Shown piece by piece: positions 61,878-64,000 of a stretch of 64,000 nucleotides of DNA. Below the pieces are notes generated by a model, which saw only the letters and a list, made by a program, of their open reading frames with translations, was not told where the DNA came from and made no database searches. The stretch is from NCBI GenBank assembly GCA_019414345.1, contig DXMF01000022.1, forward strand, positions 80,112 through 144,111, written 5' to 3'. This DNA comes from Collinsella sp. (GTDB lineage: Bacteria; Actinomycetota; Coriobacteriia; Coriobacteriales; Coriobacteriaceae). A program made the position numbers and the translations under genes. The number at the start of each line of letters is the position of its first letter. Position 1 is the stretch's first letter.

Positions 61878-61979
61878 CGGGTTTCCCAAGCACCCGACCT
61901 TGCCGTTCAAACCGTCGCTTGCGTACTCAAGTACGCGTCGCTCCTCTTTCACGGCAATCTCGGGCACTTGGAAAACCCG
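61878..61979. repeat. ~100-nt imperfect hairpin capped by GCGTAC-TCAA-GTACGC
   Basis: Stacked stems CGGGTTTCCCAAG/CTTGGAAAACCCG, CCCGA/TCGGG and TTGCCGT/ACGGCAA. Confidence 0.7.
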
Positions 61980-62057
61980 TACCGACCGCTTGAGCTATTC
62001 GTCTTAAGCGGTCGCTTCTTTTGTCCTGTTTGAAAAGTATTTAAAGGAGGCCGCTTT

Positions 62058-62972
62058 ATGGCCGACAATCGCAAGCGTGCATCGCGTGGAGGCAAGCAGG
62101 CTGCTTCTGGCTCGCGTCCGATTCGCCGCAATGATCGCTCTGCCGCTTCCAAGGGCCAGCGCGATCGCACCCAGGCCGCACGTCCGCAGCGCGATCGCAA
62201 CCGCGACGTTGTCCAGGCTCCCAAGGGCGAGTTTATCGAAGGTCGTCGTGCTGCCGCCGAGGCGCTGCGCACTGGTTTTCCCATCAAGTGCGCACTCATC
62301 GCCGAGGGCGGGGAGCGCGATGCTGCCTTGTCGCGCCTGGTCGACGACCTCAACGCCGCGGGCGTCCGCATTAAGTATGTGCCGCGCGCGCAGCTCGATG
62401 CGCTGTCGAGCCATGGCGCTCACCAGGGCATTGCGCTCGAGGTTGGCAACTTCCCCTATGCCGATGTCGCCGATATTCTCGACCGCGCAGGCGAGGGCCC
62501 GGCACTTGTCGTGGTGCTCGACCACGTGACTGACGACGGCAACTTTGGCGCCATCGTGCGCTCCGCCGAGGTTGTGGGCGCGGCCGGCGTCATCATCGCC
62601 AACAAGCGTGCCGCCGGCGTGACCGTGGGCAGCTACAAGACTTCTGCCGGCGCCGTCATGCATCTGCCCATCGCACAGGTTCCCAATATCGCCCGTGCGC
62701 TCGATGACCTCAAGGCCGCTGGCTTTTGGGTGGGTGGCGCCTCCGAGCACGCCGAGGGCAGCTGCTGGGACGCTCCCTTCGAGGGCCGCGTTGCGCTCGT
62801 CATGGGCTCCGAGGGCGACGGCATCTCGCGCCTGGTGCTCGAGAAGTGCGACTTTTTGACCAAGCTTCCCCAGCGCGGCATGACCGAGAGCCTCAATGTT
62901 GCCCAGGCGACCACGGCGCTGTGCTTTGAATGGCTGCGCCGCAATGCCGGCGAGCTCATGGGGGAGGAGTAG
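62058..62972 (+). CDS. rlmB: 23S rRNA (G2251-2'-O)-methyltransferase RlmB
   Basis: HQGI, LD.VTD..NFGAI.RSA, GSEG.G and SLNV motifs. Confidence 0.92.
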   Translation: MADNRKRASRGGKQAASGSRPIRRNDRSAASKGQRDRTQAARPQRDRNRDVVQAPKGEFIEGRRAAAEALRTGFPIKCALIAEGGERDAALSRLVDDLNAAGVRIKYVPRAQLDALSSHGAHQGIALEVGNFPYADVADILDRAGEGPALVVVLDHVTDDGNFGAIVRSAEVVGAAGVIIANKRAAGVTVGSYKTSAGAVMHLPIAQVPNIARALDDLKAAGFWVGGASEHAEGSCWDAPFEGRVALVMGSEGDGISRLVLEKCDFLTKLPQRGMTESLNVAQATTALCFEWLRRNAGELMGEE

Positions 62973-62975
62973 CGC

Positions 62976-63653
62976 ATGTCCAAGAAGAACCGCGCCAAGT
63001 CCAAGGCCAAGCGCTTTGGCGAGGGCTCGGCCAAGCCGATTGTTTCGGCCGCGACCTATGGCGTGGGCGGCAATGCGTTTGCGCAGGCCATCGCCGACCC
63101 AGTCTCGACGGTGCACTCCAATAAGCCCGAGCTGCTGGTGGTCGACGGTTACAACGTGATCCACTGCACGCCGCGCTACGAAAAGCTCGTGTACGACCAT
63201 TCCGACGATCCGTATTCCAGTGACGTCCACGATATGGCGCGCACCGCGCTCATCAACGACGTGGCGGCGTTTGCCCAGGGCCGCTACGAGGCCGTAGTCG
63301 TGTTCGACGGCGCGGGCAATATCTCCAGCGAGCGCCCCAACCTGCCAGCCCGCGGCGTGCGTATCGAGTTCTCACCGACGGGCGTCTCTGCCGATACCGT
63401 GGTGCAGAAGCTCTGCATCGAGGCGCGCGAGGAAGGCCGCGCGTGCTCCGTGGTATCGAGTGACGGCACAATACAGGCCGTCGTCATGGGCAAGGGCGTC
63501 ACGCGCATCTCGAGCCGTATGCTGGTGGACGAGATCAAACAGATCGATAACGACGTTCACGAGGCAGGGGAAGCTCCGCAGATCAAGATGACTCTGGGCA
63601 GCCGCCTGAGCCCCGATACCCTGGCCAAGCTCAAGGCGTTGCGCGGACGGTAG
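62976..63653 (+). CDS. NYN-domain (YacP/Rae1-like) ribonuclease
   Basis: VDGYNVI, VVFDG, SAD and VVSSD motifs; follows rlmB as in Bacillus. Confidence 0.85.
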   Translation: MSKKNRAKSKAKRFGEGSAKPIVSAATYGVGGNAFAQAIADPVSTVHSNKPELLVVDGYNVIHCTPRYEKLVYDHSDDPYSSDVHDMARTALINDVAAFAQGRYEAVVVFDGAGNISSERPNLPARGVRIEFSPTGVSADTVVQKLCIEAREEGRACSVVSSDGTIQAVVMGKGVTRISSRMLVDEIKQIDNDVHEAGEAPQIKMTLGSRLSPDTLAKLKALRGR

Positions 63654-63680
63654 GGGAGTTGGCGGGGCAATGCTGCCTTG

Positions 63681-63998
63681 CTAACTCCATTCAGCGATGT
63701 CGATCATTCTTTCGAGGCGCCACGTTAGCGCCTCTTTTAGATAAGGTAGTCTCGCTGCTAGAGCATCGTTTTTAGACAGAATCTCGATTGCCTCGTCGAC
63801 AAAGCCTTTGAGTTTGTCTCCATCGAACCAGCCCATGTCCTCGACGAGCAGCATTTGTTTGGCGGGGCTTGAATGAAACTGCGCGCTGGTAAAACTGTGC
63901 TCTCCCGCCCTAAGCTCCTCTAGTGATATGTTGCACCAGAGTGATGAGCCTGAATCGAAGATGGGGGCTGGTCTGCAGACTAGTGAGTTGACGTTTCG
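63681..63998 (-). CDS. HipA/CtkA-like kinase C-terminus (5' partial)
   Basis: My translation gives RNVNSLVCRPAPIFDSGSSLW...MIDIAEWS*. The frame is open to the window edge and is absent from the ORF track. Confidence 0.65.
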   Translation of the reverse strand, partial: RNVNSLVCRPAPIFDSGSSLWCNISLEELRAGEHSFTSAQFHSSPAKQMLLVEDMGWFDGDKLKGFVDEAIEILSKNDALAARLPYLKEALTWRLERMIDIAEWS

Positions 63999-64000
63999 CA

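Overview
GC-rich, mostly housekeeping chromosome segment. Gene content and codon style suggest a Coriobacteriia gut actinobacterium such as Collinsella; this is an inference and was not database-checked. It holds about 50 CDS, including coaX, lgt, groES-groEL, an FMN-riboswitch/RibU ECF operon, argCJBD, asnB-murE-like-murI-rph-rdgB-dtd, veg-ispE, greA-lysS, a CoA-dehydratase activase fusion with TetR, clpC, pepD, hipBA, a yybP-ykoY riboswitch with mntP, and disA-ispD-ispF-cysS-rlmB-yacP. There are two tRNAs (Val-TAC and Pro-CGG). I saw no CRISPR array, integrase, transposase or phage gene. The most unusual material is non-coding: ~185-bp tRNA-linked repeats carrying an antisense T-arm motif, an adjacent AT-rich MITE-like element, a dispersed family of GGGAC-loop hairpins that often start on TAA stop codons, a duplicated 69-bp inverted-repeat element, and several long hairpins (two flank groESL). 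None of these is shown to be novel without searches.
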